This document shows, piece by piece, positions 39,561-54,200 of a stretch of DNA of 64,000 nucleotides. Positions within the stretch are counted from its first letter, which is position 1. Each line of letters begins with the position of its first letter. This stretch comes from Octopus bimaculoides (lineage: Eukaryota). The stretch lies in assembly GCF_001194135.2 (NCBI RefSeq), contig NC_068984.1, positions 32,865,819-32,929,818 of the forward strand, written 5' to 3'. Under the pieces are notes generated by a model. That model did no database searches, was not told where the DNA came from, and saw only the letters and a program-made list of their open reading frames with translations. A program made the position numbers and the translations under genes.

Positions 39561-41807
39561 AATTGAGAATATGTTGGATCTAATACTTAGCATATATGTA
39601 TTGGGCGCAATTGTTGTGTTGGGTGAGTTGCTGTAGCAGGTTTAGAGCAGTCTCTGTACATAAGGGTTTGTGTATGTCTGAGCGAGTGTGGGAGGCTCAT
39701 ACGCATGCATATTAAAGAGGATTGCCGAAGGGTCGAATCAGTAAGCAAATGTGCATTCAGCAAAATTGTCATAGAAGATGCAGTTTCAATTTTAAATCAA
39801 CTTATTGATGTGTCATTAATTTGCAACTTCCTTTGACTACAAATGGACTGGGAACTAAGAGAGCAATATAGATATTTTTTTAAATTTGTAGGTGCCATGA
39901 TTGTATTGTTGGTACTGTTGTGACGAGAGTCATGGCACACCATGCGAGAATATACTTAAACAAGTATCGTCATAGATAGTGGTGATACTGCAATAATTGG
40001 CGACGAGTAACCACGTTACAATAGGTACCTATCCGAAAAAAATTGGAATTTCATAGACAAAAAATATTTTTGGATTATTTGCATTGGCTACTGTTATGTG
40101 GAAATGTTACATTGGCGAAATTTTACGGCCTACCATTGTTAATTTTTATGAGTTTTCATCTTAAATATTAGTTATTCGTGTTGAATTATATTGCGTTATG
40201 TAAAACAAAACGAAAATGCAGGAATTAATCAATAACTTTCTGACCACCATATAGACAAACGAGTACGCCCACGTACTATATACTCATATACATACATTCA
40301 AACGCAAATCATCATATGTAGGCGCGCGTGGAGAGAGAGAGAGGGGGATAGAGGAAGAGAGAGGGAGATAGAGCGGAGAGTGTTAGGGAATGAGGGACTG
40401 AGAGGTCTATGAAGAGATGTCTCTTGAAAATATACAGTTGAATATTGTAGTCTCAAGGAGTCATTTTTCACTAAACTGCTTGCGTGCAGTAGTAACTTAT
40501 ACTATTTTAATTTTTTTCAAAGTTGCTTCAACTCTATTGATCTCTAGTGAATAACATGACAGCCTGTCATCCAATCATTACAAAACTTGAAGATAGATCT
40601 CAAAGGAATCTTTCTGAAGACGTATTATCAACACGTAATTCCCAAAAATAAACACATAGACACTCACACATAATATGAGCCAGCACATAAAAATAATAAT
40701 CTCATCTGGGCTCGCACTGGTTACATTAAAACACTACCTCTTCCATCTATACTGTAATCCATTACCACATTCGACTATTGAATTGTCTAGAACAGAGTAG
40801 AAGATGCTCTGGAAGTTCAGTTAGTCTTAACATAATTTCATGTGCAGGGTATTTAGAAACAAACTTGAAATAATTAAAAGGCAAAAAATAATAAATGATA
40901 ATTTTATTTTTAATTATACGGAAAGTCATGCACTATGAATATCTTTGGTGGTTCACCATTCTGTTATTTACAAGGTTAGTGATAAACGCATGCCCCCCAC
41001 CACACACACACACACACACAGACATATATATATATATGGTTGTATATGTGTAGACATGTGTATATATACATTAATGAGACATACATACATATATACATAA
41101 ATACGTACGTATGTATGCATATATATGTATGTGTACGCGTGTATATATATGTATGTATATGTGTCTCTCTCTATATATGTATGTATATATGTATTTATGT
41201 CTGTGTGTGTACGTTCCTTGAAGCACACATTCACACATCAACATTTAATCTACCTGGTATATCTATCTTTCCATCTGTCTACATACCTACCTATATGCAT
41301 TTGTATTTGCATATGTGTATGTATGTGTATATTTATATCTAAACCGTCTCTTTAAATGACGATAATAGAGATACTTTATTAAATTACCTAATAATCTATG
41401 AATACATGGCTTTTATCCAATGACAATTATAGGGACAATTTTCAACATAACATAATTTCAGAAAATATTGTTCAAAAATTGAAAAGCTCATTTAAATAGC
41501 AAAAACGAGAACAATATGTAATTCACTATCAAATAAATACATGACTTCATCTCATAAAAATAAATCTAAGATAAAAATACATTATGAAAACATTTTTATA
41601 AAAAAACGAAAACCAGTAAAGAAAATTAAAAAATAGAAATTGTAAAAGGAATATTCTATTGTCGGAGAGCTAGTATTTCGAGAACAATATTACTGTCAAA
41701 GAAACCAATTTTACCGTCTGTACATGTCTACTGTGAAAATAAATTGCATAGTCTTTGAATTACACGCACAATAAAATATATGTATGTATATATGTAATAT
41801 ATATATG

Positions 41808-41871
<64 letters not shown>

Positions 41872-42509
41872 TGCGTGCGTGCGTGCGTGTTTGTGTGAGT
41901 GTGCATATATATTATATATACACACGCAAAATTACAGTTGCCGTGCTTGTACATTTGTGACTGTGTTCGTGTACCTGTGCATGTATTAATGTAGACATAT
42001 TTTCTTAGGATTGTAGATATGTAGATATCTACATATCTATACTTAGCTCTCTAGTTTACAGGTATTTTGATTCTGTGCACCCTTTTCACTATCGTTCAGG
42101 ATACCATTCCATGTTTTCTAAGTTTATCGAATTCAAAAGGCTCTTTCCATATACTGACGATATCACATTGAACATCCTTTGTTTTTTCTATCTTCGAACA
42201 TAAGCGTTTATTTGGATTATTCTTATATCTGATGTTTGAAATATTTAATACAAAGAGAAAATGTTGATGTATTTGAATCTAAAAATAAAATACAGACATT
42301 TTCCATATACCTACCGAATTTCTTAACTGACTAAATTCCCCGTCATCAAAACAGGCAAACATTTTCTTCTTCAGAAGTTAGAAAATATTTCGAGTCTTTC
42401 TCTAAGTTCAAATACACACTCAATAATAATTTGTCTTGAAAAGTCATGATTTGAGAGTTACTCAGTTCATAAATTTGGTTAGTTGAATTATTCGATTTCA
42501 AACATTATA

Positions 42510-43300
42510 TAATGTGGCTGGCGGTGCTTTCGAAGCCAGTGCCTCGTGTTAGTTTATACAATGAATGACTTTCACTTCTTGCACTCAACTTTTCACACAA
42601 ACATGAAATCGAGATTTTGGCCCGTACTATGTTGTGCTCCATCTGTACAGCTGCACAGCAAAGGCACGATCCCACAAATATTTTCTGACAGAAAAAATGA
42701 TAAAACTTAAGGTCCTGGTTGTTGTTTGAAGAAGATAGCAAATAAGAACTGTAGCGAACATATTTTGCAAACACCGGCAGCTGTGGAACGATGTGGCATC
42801 TATCAGTTCCTTGAGCTGAAGTAAAAATAGACCAAATATTGCTGAATTGCTTTCTTACATATATTGATATTTGATTTCAATGGCCTTGTTGCATTCCTGC
42901 TTTGAACAGTCCTTTTTTAAAAATCCACTCCCCAACGCAATTTCCATCCTGTTTTTATGGGTACATAATCTGATCAAAGTTTTCCCCCAATTAAATGGTA
43001 TTATGTTTTAAGCTTTGCTGTTTCCAATGCTACAACGTAAGAAGATTCATTGATCATTTGATTCATTTGTAGAAATGCCTCTATTGGATCAGCCTTCATT
43101 TTCTTCAGCACATACTCTCGACGTTAAAAAGCACTTTAGTCCTTCTTCATACTATGAAGATCAGCATTATGCATATGGTGTATCCTGTTAATTGGTCTCA
43201 TAGAATCGTTTGACAAAACATGCAACAAATAACGCATAAAAAGGAGGTTTCTGCCTATCGATGATATGGATAAGAACCAGATTGAATATATCAATCATCG
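42510..43300 (-). mobile_element. hAT (Charlie/Buster-like) transposase remnant
   Basis: Frameshifted SSYVVALETAKLK, LQLKELID, QLPVFAKYVR, CTDGA and HCI..EALASK match ASYxVALxIAK, LQLDESTD, QLLVFARYV, CTDGA and HCxIHRxALA. Confidence 0.85.
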
Positions 43301-43547
43301 AACGCCTTTTTAACAATCAAGTTGTGAATAAGACATGAACAAAAACGGTTAAAGATAACTATAATATAAAAAAAAAGACTGACTGCTGCCTCTGTGACTT
43401 TGTGTATGTACGTATGTACATGCATAAGTGTGTATGTATGTATATAGTATGAACGTATGTGTACGTGTTTTTAACTAAAGAAATCAGCACACACTAATAA
43501 ATTATAAATCAGAAACCAAAGACTACCTTGCTGTTACATAAAATAAT

Positions 43548-43548
43548 A

Positions 43549-43598
<50 letters not shown>

Positions 43599-43671
43599 AA
43601 TGATAATAATGATTCTGGGGCACCCTGGGTATAAGAAGAAGGATATATATATATATAGATATATATATACA

Positions 43672-43736
<65 letters not shown>

Positions 43737-43750
43737 TCAGTGAGTGACAG

Positions 43751-43785
<35 letters not shown>

Positions 43786-43805
43786 TGGATAGATAGATAG
43801 ATAGA
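43548..43805. repeat. Microsatellite cluster (GAT)n, (AG)n, (TA)n, (GATA)n
   Basis: Direct reading. Confidence 0.95.
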
Positions 43806-46299
43806 TAACTTCTGAAATCCGAAACAATGCAAAATGAAAATAGAACAACAGGTGAAATTTTGTCTCGTATTTCTTTGACATTCAGGTGTCGTGAATCCGG
43901 ATGAGGACAAGGTAGAGATGAAACAAGGAGTAATTATTATTATTGCTGAGATATATGATTTACTATAAGAACATTAACCTGCATGCGCAGACTAGCCAAT
44001 CTGTATCGTATAGTCTCTATCTAAGTACAAAGTATTGCCAGCATTTCTAAAATTAATGCGAATTATATATTTTTGTATTTTACATTATTAACCGTGTAGC
44101 GATGTTTTTACCAGTAATTAAACCAGAATCATTTGATTTCTTTACAGTACGTTTCAATAAATATAGTTTTCGCAAAAAATAAAATTCAAAACATAGGAAC
44201 GGTAAATTAAAAACCACCACCAGCGTCACTTTGCACCCGCACAGATATACACACATACACACCCACATATAAACACACACACATGCACATATATATATAC
44301 ACACAAATACACTTATATATATATATGCACACACACATATATACATACACACATATATATACACATATACATACATACACACGCACACACACACACACAA
44401 ATATACATATATACAAAAACACCTATCTACCTACATGCATTCATATAGACACATATCTACCAACAAATATACGCATATGTATATATATATATATGTCTGC
44501 GTGTGCGCATATGTGTGCGTGTATGTGTATGCATACTAGTTGTTTCGTTAATTTTAGAGCTGAGATATTTGCAAGCAAAAATTCAATTAAATGCAGTCGA
44601 CGCTTTTTATAGTGGAGTATGTTATTTATATTTCAAATTTTTTTTATTAGAACCTACTAGATTTTCATCTCGAAACATAAAAGCTGCTAGAAGAATTAAA
44701 AGAATTTTGGATGTATCTACAATATATATAAGTTTACTTGCTATTAAAGTAGTAGCATTGCTGTTCTCTAAAAAAGCATGGCGTAATTTTGTGAACTTTG
44801 AAGTAGAAGATAATATTATACAATATATTATAATACAATATAAGTATGCGTTTCGATTTTTCGATATACATTTTTTGTTGCTTCTAGTTGTGTTATGAAA
44901 CATGAAAATTAATGTCAGCACGATCTATTTGGAGAAGTATCAAAGAACATACTCTCGAACGGGCTTGAGACTACAACACTTAGCAAGTTGTAAATAAAAG
45001 TATATTGTGATGTCCTGTCCTCTTTGAACTCGTTTGCTTCATCAGGCACAATATATTTGCCTGCAAACAGATTTTTAGGACATCCACCGTTTTAGCGTCA
45101 CATGGATATGCTTAAATACGCCTATAGCTATTGCATATATCTTGGAGGTATATCTCTCATGAAGGTCATTTTGGAATTAGTTGTCAAAACTTTTATTCTT
45201 CCCTGAACTCCCTTATAAGATGCTCCAGCTGGCATTAAGACGAAGTCAGAGCAACATATTGAGTTACATTTTTTTATGGAACTGTCACTAATGCAAGGCT
45301 AAACTCAGACCCGTATTTACTGTTAATTACGCATGAAGATAACTCGTACTAGAATAATTAATTTTCACTGCCTAATCAGAGCTACTCTTAAAGTTCACGA
45401 AGAACCCACCACATGTTATGAACGCAACTGGAAATACGCTCTACAGTGCCACGTAGCACAGATGATATCCAATCAATATTGCTCTGTTACAATTCCATCA
45501 GTTTAGCGGTGCATATGTGTGACTTTTTGATTTGCGTGAGTAACGTCTTCAAGAATAAATGTGCATCCTCTACGGAAACTAATACCCCATATTTCGTAGA
45601 TTTTCCTTGCATAGAAACGTCAGTGTGAGTATGAGGAAATATAAATTCTAACATAAATATATCATCCATAGCATTCTCTTAATAGAAATGTGGAATAAAG
45701 CATGAGGCAAAATTCCATTTATTTTGTTCTGGTAATAAAAGCGGAAAACCTGCACATGCATCGTAGTGGTGATATATTCTAATTCACTCTACCAAGTGTT
45801 TATATCTGAAATTAGAAATCTTCAATATATGTCACACCTTCCGAAAGTATTTTCAGGATCTTTCGTTTGCATAATATTAAGTAGAAAGATATACAAACTG
45901 TGGAATGAAAAGATTAAAACTTATCTATTCACCGATAATACTTACACAAACAAAATTCCCCCTTTCATTATTATATCTGCTGCAGAACCTAATCTGATAT
46001 TGTTTTATTTTATAATTCCAAATGATTTGTCTTTCTCCTCAACAATCGCTTTACCTTATTTAAACCATTATCTTCAACGTTTAAGAATTCATCTGTTCTT
46101 ATAACACAGCTTCCTTTTGGTTTTAATTATAAAAACAAACAGTATAATTACAGAGGAACATATATTTTCAAATAACAGTCATTCCTCGATTGAACGGATT
46201 AATGAAGAAAACTATGTTTTTTTATGATACAGAAAACTCGTTAAATGAAAAGAAACCTAGAGTGTTTATTTATTTATTATTTATTTTGTAAAACAATCA

Positions 46300-46480
46300 T
46301 TTAACGCCATATTTTGAAATGTAACATAAACAGAAGCCGTTTCCCCTGTGAAACACCACAGGCCACCTTTAAAAGTGAAGAGCTTGGATTGTTTGCTCCA
46401 GCATGAATGAAAGATATAGGATGGGTATGTCTAGAATATCCTTGATCATAGTTATATTCGATCAGCGCTGACCTCACTAT
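46300..46480 (-). mobile_element. LINE RT remnant (CR1/L2-like)
   Basis: SSSLLKVACGVSQGKRLLF resembles the SxxxxVxSGVPQGSVLGPLLF motif. Confidence 0.45.
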
Positions 46481-47433
46481 CAAGAGCCTCACAGTCTATT
46501 TCCTTCCACCAGATTTGCATTTCCGTAATTCTCTGAAGCTTTATGTGTGTTTCCCTTCCCATTCTTCCCACAAAAATACGATCGACACCTCCTACACTGC
46601 TACTCCTAAATTGTGTCCAAAACATTACACTATCTAACATCTATATTAAAGCAAGTAACATATACATTACTAGCAGACCTGTTATCTGCACATATTTTTT
46701 GAATAAATGAATAAATAAATAAATAAATATATAAATAAAAAAAAATCTTCTCACCTAATCACATTTAATATTATATATCTATTACATCTATTTTCAGTCC
46801 GTTGGTTGATTAAGTTCCATTAAATGTTGGTGACCATAATGAAGACAACGACTAATTTTATTACTTTAGAGAGGATATTTTTAGCTATATACAATCTATG
46901 GTCCAATGTTATCTCCTATGAATGACCATGTTGAAATTGTGAACTTTGAACTTACTAACAAATAAATTTATTTACTTATTGATTAATGAATTTCACTCAT
47001 TTCTTTTATCTCAGTTTATTACACCCATTTATTTACACATCTTTTTTTCCATCTCCCTCTCTTTAACCTTTCTTAATAACCCTCCAGCATTAACGAACTT
47101 AGATGTATGAACACATTTACACTTTTCATACAAAATAATACTGATATCTCCCCCTCTCTCTGTCTCTCTGTCACCGCCTTCCTCTTGATCATCAAATATA
47201 ATTACATCTCTAATGCTAGGCTTTTCAATCTGCTTCTCACACACATTCCTTAAATATTCCTTACATACCTGAATAATCAATCATGGAGGCGCTAGGAACT
47301 GACCAGACTTTTCCCAAGAAATCCAACAGTCAGACACTAGCATTACCACTTTAAAATCCTACTTCAATCGATACGTATCATGGATTTTCCTTATCCCAAT
47401 TCCTTCCGTGCGCACGCACTTACAGAGGCGCGG

Positions 47434-47468
<35 letters not shown>

Positions 47469-48151
47469 TGTATATGGACATACGTATGCATATGTACACG
47501 AGTGTGTGCTCTCCCCCACCAGACAACTAGTGTTGGTGTATTTTCACCCAATCTCCGCTACATAGGGGTTCGTCAAAAATGGAGGGTAAAATAATTACCA
47601 GTCTTAAGAACACGTACGGGTGTCAATGCTTGGGTCAGAATGCTCAAATCCAATTAGTGAAAGAAGTAAAAGAGAAAAGGTTATATTTATGTGTGTGTGT
47701 GTGTGTGTGTGTGCATAGGTATGTATATACGTACATATGTATATATACATATATACTTATATATATATACATATATAATAATAGGACAAATAAATATACG
47801 TCGGTTAGTGGGTTTAAATATACCCAATAAAGATTTACTACCGAATCCATCTCCTGTTAATTAATTAATTAATATATCATTACCACTTTATAGTTTTACG
47901 AATCAATATGAGTAAACAAAGGGAGACAGAGGCAGACAGAAAAAAGGAAAATGTTTCTTGCATTTAAAAACTATGGAAATATTTAAAAAAAATATGTTTC
48001 ATTTAATTTTTCTACAATTTATTGTTTTCCATGCTTTACTCTAAGTTGAAAATATCGCAAAGTCTGAAACCGGTACTAAAATGTTCTTCAAGATAAAATT
48101 ATTTTCGCATTTTCTACCTTGCCATATTTTCTCTATATATATATTTATATA

Positions 48152-49083
48152 GGAGGTACTATCAGAAGTTTCCCAAATTAGTCATGCTTAATAAAAATAA
48201 AAAAAAACAGCTTATATATCTAATTTTTAACGTCATCTCCATCGAAATAGTCACCTTGCGCAGAGCACACCAGTCCCAGCGTTTCTGCCACTTTTGGAAT
48301 CCAGCCTAGAAGTTCTTTTCCGTAAGCGAGTTGAGCACCTTCTGCGATTCTCTTTGAATCTTGACAACGCGGTTAAAACGGCAACCTTTGTGCTGCCTTT
48401 TCTTCTTCGGGAAGAGATGGAATGCCACAGGTACTAAATCTTACGAATAAGACGGGCGCAGAAGTGATGCCATGATGTTTTTGGTGTGAAACTCACGAGT
48501 GAGGAGAGCTCGGTGGCAGGGTGTTTTGTCTTCGGGAAAAATCTAATAATTCGCTCGCCTCAGATCCAATCGCTTTCGCCTAATGTCTTTCCTCAAACTC
48601 TTCAAAACGTCGCAGTAGAACTCTTGATTGATAATCTAGTCTGGACCTGTGTGGCGAATTCTCGATGCATAATATCACATTTCCGTATTTGATGCTTGTG
48701 ACAGGTCTTGCAGATCGCACATCATCATCCAAGCATGTTCTTTCGTTTTTGAAACGTCCGTACCACTCGAAACATTTCGTACAACCATTTGCTTCGTCGC
48801 TGTAAGCTGCTCGAAGCATGCTCAATGTTTCTGCAGCAAATTTCCGAAGTTTAATTTGAAATTTCACGTTAGATTTTTTATCCTACCATGACAAAATCGC
48901 ACACTACAACCTACATGTGATCACAAAAGCACAAATTTCAAAACTTGCAAAGTAAACACAGCGATGTCACTCTGCACACTGTCTCGTAAAGGTCACTGCT
49001 AGCTCTCACTACGTACACAACTATGTGCTGTCATCTGATGGTGCGCTACAGAACTAATCCTCTAACTTTTTAATACCATATCG
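48152..49083 (-). mobile_element. Internally deleted mariner transposon with degenerate TIRs and TA flanks
   Basis: KFQIKLRKFAAETLSMLRAAYSDEA..CFEWYGRFK..LDDDVRSARP (HTH) and FQKWQKRWDWC C-terminus; ends GGAGGTACTATCAGAAGTT / AACTTTTTAATACCATATCG flanked by TA. Confidence 0.9.
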
Positions 49084-49508
49084 TATACATGTAGGCGAAG
49101 GAAGGGTTGTGTGGAACTGACAAAGTAAGATCAGGTCCCTCTTATTATATTCCAGCCAAATAACTGTGACTGTTTGTGCTAACAGGCGGCTTGGCCGTAA
49201 AATACAGGCTAGAAGCGCTAAACAGTGATGTGTATACATATATACTTGGTACCAGTTCAAATAAGTTTGAAACAAAGCGATCTCCGTGAGATAGTCATTC
49301 ACTGCCTGTGGCTATAGGGATAACTTCTGGCTGTAGACATCGAGCTTATTGAGGGTTATGCGAACTGACATCTATTTGTCATACACCGAGAATTTTTCTT
49401 CATGACAAAATGCAATGAATGGCTTTTTCTCTGGTTCGAATATGTCTCAGGCATATTTGAACTGGTTGCACTTTTATATTTGCACATATCACTGCTTAGC
49501 ACTACTAA

Positions 49509-49550
<42 letters not shown>

Positions 49551-50758
49551 GCACAACAATGCAGAGTGGACTATAATAACTGTTATAATTCAATTACTCA
49601 TAGTCTGATATAATAATGATATTTCGGAATACAATATTTCCTTCAGATTTCGCTAGGAATTGATCTAGTCACTGCTATAATCGGTTTTCCAACGGTTACT
49701 CTGCAATTAAAGCTAGACTAGTTTTTATACGTATGCATAACAAACATTGGTGAATAAATAGATGTATGCATATTTGTATGAACATGTGTATGCGTATGTA
49801 TGTATAAATTATACATAATATATGCACACACACATACATATGTATAGATATATTTAAAATATATACATACATAAAAATATCCATGCATACATACATACGC
49901 AAATTAGCTTTTGATAATGAAAAAGAAAATATTACTTGTGTGACTCAACGTGGTTATTCGAATATTTCAAAAGTCATACAGAAGAGAGAGATAATTAACT
50001 GTTCCAGTATATAAATGGAGAAACTTTTAATTAAAGTCATGCATGAATAAGATTATAGTCGGAGAAAAAATTCCCGGCAGCGCATTTGTAGACGTCAGTG
50101 GTATCGACAACTTTCAACAGAATATTTGTCTTCAACACATTGCTCTCTATTATGTTTTCTATCTATCTACCTATCAAAATACTTCGATCAACATGATGAA
50201 CATGATTACCAGAAGCGTTGTGTCTAACGGAAGATTAGCTTTGTGTGATAAATCTTTCCCAGTGCACAAGTCGAATATGAGAGTGCGAAAATTATTAGAA
50301 AAAATTATTTGTGGCCTATGCCCTTTGTTTGAGTTCCTGTAGACCAGTAATCGTAATTTCTTTAACCCAATGAAGTACGGGATTTTCTGACGTGTAGAAT
50401 AACATCAGGTTCAATTGCAAAATTTCGTAATCATTACTATCAAATAACGATTCGGAAATTTTGCCAAATACTTAGTGCAGTTAGTTTGCAATACCGATAT
50501 AAGCTTTTAAATGCCTTTTCTTTGATTATGACCTCAATTCATCTAAACTAAAAATAAAATCCTGACGACATTCAAATTTCTATGTAATGGCTGGATGTTC
50601 TACAAGGAGTTTTATTATTATTTTTTAGCCGCGTTGGTATATGCACTAGCTCTGCAATATAAGTTTTTCTAAGACTACGACATACAGAGCTATTCTTAAA
50701 ACCTGCAAATATTGTTAACTGCTGGCAAATGTTTTGTCGCAACCCTCTGTCATCGATA

Positions 50759-50854
50759 TTTCATTAAAGTAGACACTGCCTAATCACAAATTTCATCTTG
50801 AATCAATGAAATGTTTGCTATGTCACGCATTCCACTTACATTTATTTTAGTAAT
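50759..50854. repeat. 96-bp donor sequence duplicated at 52069-52164
   Basis: 6 mismatches in 96 bp by eye. Confidence 0.93.
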
Positions 50855-52024
50855 TTACCACTTGAATAACATATCTACGTCATACTAGTAACTTGCTGCT
50901 TTCGAATTTTATTGTCGATGCATTTTTCATCATCTTTGGTTGAGCTGATGGGAAATTCACGAGCCTGAAAAAGACTGACCGACTGTTGTTATCTTCCCTT
51001 CAAGGAATGACTTCATTTTGTCATCGAAAGCAATGGTTCGGCCTGATTTATTGTCCAGTTAACTCTGGAGCTAACTGGTTTCCTCTTATCTGACGGGCCT
51101 GTTCCATTTCTCATACTTCTTATACAATATTATTTAGAAAGGCAGTGTGTGCCTTAGCTCAAAATTGCAGTGATGTCCCATATGAACAGATTTAGCTGAT
51201 ATTCATAACGATGCAAATGTCAATTGGCTTAAATGAATACAGTCTAAGGTCATAGCGATTTATCTAATATGTAACGTAATAACCAATTATATTATCAGCT
51301 AGAATGAGTACATGTTAAAGGAAAATATTTTATACAAGTTATTTTGAATTATGAATAACGGATAAAAAACAACGGTCGAGTTTTAGCTGGTATTCAATTT
51401 AGAATATGTATTTATTAGCGATAACGTTATATTTCTTTATTCAGGAATATTGCTAATTACATTATCAGTTTTCTGGTGTTGTAATAGAAATTGAAAGGTT
51501 AAGTTTGCAAAAAATTAAAATGAAATGTACAATTATTTGGATGAGATTTTTCCTTAGAAGAGAGCAAATGTAAGACTCAAAATATTGATTTCGTGATAAT
51601 TAATGTTTGTTACTTCGGTGATTTTTTACAGAAATCCTGTTGATCAATATTTCGAGAATTGCGATATTATTTAGATAAAAAAGAGAGGCAATTGATATTT
51701 AAACATGGCCTTACATATAACAACAACAAATTCAAGTAGCTGTTCCCTAAGCTCTAGATTGTTAGCCAATAGTAATGTATGAGTGTAATGTGCATACCAT
51801 CAAGTCAACCCGATCATTGGTTTACAGCGAAACAATTCAAATTTCTACACCCCCAGCACATATATTTCGTCCATGACCCAGCTACACACAATTTTATTTC
51901 CTTTAATTTTATAAACATAATGCAAAAATATATATGTATATAAACATTTTCAACTTAGCGTGAAAAACCTCTGCTAATGCAGCAGAAAAATGTAAATGGA
52001 AGACAAACTATTATTGCGGCTAAA

Positions 52025-52320
52025 GACGCTGAGTTGGCAGAATTGTTAGCACGCCGGGCAAAAACATGTTTCATTAAAGTAAACACTGCCTAATCGCAAA
52101 TGTCATCTTGAATCAATGAAATGTTTGCTATGTCACGTGTTCCACTTACATTTCTTTTAGTAATCTTTACGTTTTGAGTTCAGATTCTGCAGAGGTCAGG
52201 ATTGCCTTTCATCGTTTCGGGGTCGATGGAATAAGTACCATTTGTGCACAGCGATTGATAGAGTTGACTATACTCTCCCCCACATTTCAGGTCTTGTGAT
52301 TATGTTGAAAGGAATATTAC
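52025..52320 (+). mobile_element. Family D SINE interrupted by a 96-bp locally copied insert
   Basis: Head GCTGAGTTGGCAGAATTGTTAGCACGCCGGGCAAAA, insert 52069-52164, then CTTTACGTTTTGAGTTCAG..GCCTTTCATCGTTTCGGGGTCGAT. Confidence 0.88.
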
Positions 52321-52334
52321 TACGGCTAAAGGCT

Positions 52335-52445
52335 TGCAGAATTAGTACTGTACTGCGAAAATGCTTAGTAGCATTTCGTTCATCTACGTTCGGAATTCAA
52401 ATTCCCCGGACATTGCTGGCCTGGTACCAAATTTTGAATCCACTT
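52335..52445 (+). mobile_element. Family D SINE with internal deletion
   Basis: Head and B-box (AATTCAAATTCCCCG) joined directly to the 3' part ATTGCTGGCCTGGTACCAAATTTTGAATCC. Confidence 0.75.
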
Positions 52446-52479
52446 TTACTAAGAAGGGAAGAAATATTGATACAATTGA

Positions 52480-53000
52480 ACACTGGTGCATAATATGGCA
52501 TACCAGAAATAACTGGGAAATCACCTTCATATCACAACTAGCCTAAACATTTATCGGACATATTTTTATGATTGGATGCTAAAACTTAACTTAGATCACG
52601 AAAGTAAGAAATCTTATCCGCTTACAAAAGAGGCAAGGATATATGTAAATGAATTCGAAATACAGTAAGCCCCAGAATTAGATGATGTGAGAACAATTAC
52701 AGAAAAAACTAAACGTATGAAAGCCCTAGCTAAAAATGCTGCTTTAAATACTCCTACTCATACACAGTAACAAAAATCATTCAATCACTAATACTCAAAG
52801 GGAGCTAACAATGCTGATATGGAGAAAGCTTTTACATATCAATTCTAAGCGTCTTCTGGCTTAAAGTTAGAAACAGAAGGGTTTATATTAGCAACTCGGA
52901 TCAATGCCAACCTACAAGAAGCTACCAGGCTAACATCTTAAGGGACGGCAACAATCCAACATGTCGAGTATGTTAAACAATCCGAGTGAAACCGTCAATC
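52480..53000 (+). mobile_element. Third R4/Dong fragment (post-RT region to zinc knuckle)
   Basis: TEKTKRMKALAKNA; SSGLKLETEGFILA; RSYQANILRDGNNPTCRVC..ETVN. Confidence 0.85.
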
Positions 53001-53500
53001 AATTGGAAGGGTCTCTGCAGCTTTTGGGAACATTTGTGATCAACTGTCGAATGCCGACGATGTCTAATAGGGACAGAAATTGAGATGTCCTAACAGCTCT
53101 TTTATATGGAACCTTATCGTAGGCACGTCGGTCAGCCTAACAACTTTCACTTGAGATGTCTCTGACAAATATGCAAAGTTGAGTGGGATGATAGAGTGAA
53201 GAATATCCCTATCTTGGAAATATTTGAGAAAATCTGGTACAGAGGCTTTCTTCATTAAGTCTCAAATGCGATGGCTGTTACCACATCCTTCGCCAAAGCA
53301 AATCTTTTGTGGTAAGCTAGTAAAAGTCATGAGGTAATGTAGGCGGGGCACTTCTACCACATAACGACAGATTAAAAGATAATTAGTAAGTCTGAATATT
53401 AGGCAAAAAACATTGAGAATCTTGTGAGAAACCATGCAGACTGGAAGTTCGATTGCCTTCTCTAGCTTCAAAATTTCGGAGCTCAATGAGTTGGCCATCA
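53001..53500 (+). mobile_element. RTE-clade (BovB-like) LINE 3' ORF fragment
   Basis: IGRVSAAFG; VLTALLYG; NNFHLRCL*QICKVEWDDRVKN; IKSQMRW; PKQIFCGKL. Confidence 0.85.
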
Positions 53501-54029
53501 AGAATAGTTACAGGGGGGGGGGGAAGGAACACAAACCACGGAAAAAAAATTTATCACAAACCACTATAGTCCACCTTGTGATTTCTCAGTTAAATTTCGT
53601 GCTGGATTAATAAATCATGCACATGCTCGTATCCATATTGCTTTTGGTTGCCTGAGGACTCACATCAGGTGAAATGAATGAATTGTAAACATTGGTAAAT
53701 GGTTCTAATAGTAATGTGTGTGTTGCTGATTGTTTGGTTGATTTTTTTTTCTGCCGACTCATCGAACACTCATATGTCGTCTTAGACGGGAGTGTGTATG
53801 TGTGTATCTGTGTGTGTCTGTGTGCGCGTGTGTGTCTGTGCGTGCGTGTGTGTGTGTCTGTGTGTATTTATACATATGCATATATGTATGTATATGTATG
53901 CATATATTTGAAAGAGGAAAAGTGACTTATTTGGTAGTTCTAATCAATTTAATATCTTAATAATATAGATTTATGGTTTGGTTTATAGATCTAGTAAGTT
54001 TTTTCATAACATCGGTGGGAAGATTCTTT

Positions 54030-54200
54030 AAAGATTCCTTGTTAACTTTTCTGGAGAATTTTCTCGTATTCGTCGGTGGCGATTGTCAAACTGACCGCAG
54101 TTTATGTTGTATTGTGTGTTTCTATATATAAGACATTTTAGTGTGTCTGGGGTGTGGTTGGGGTTTGTTAATGAATGTAAGAATGAAGGAGTTTTGATGA
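54030..54200 (-). mobile_element. Possible Penelope RT thumb remnant
   Basis: FLHSLTNPNHTPDTLKCLIY loosely like YLHxxSNHPxxTxKSIxY; weak. Confidence 0.3.

Noticed and set aside
50043-50342. 99-aa ORF MNKIIVGEK...
   Set aside because: No recognisable motif or convincing splice context; includes a (CTAT)n stretch; this length is attainable by chance.
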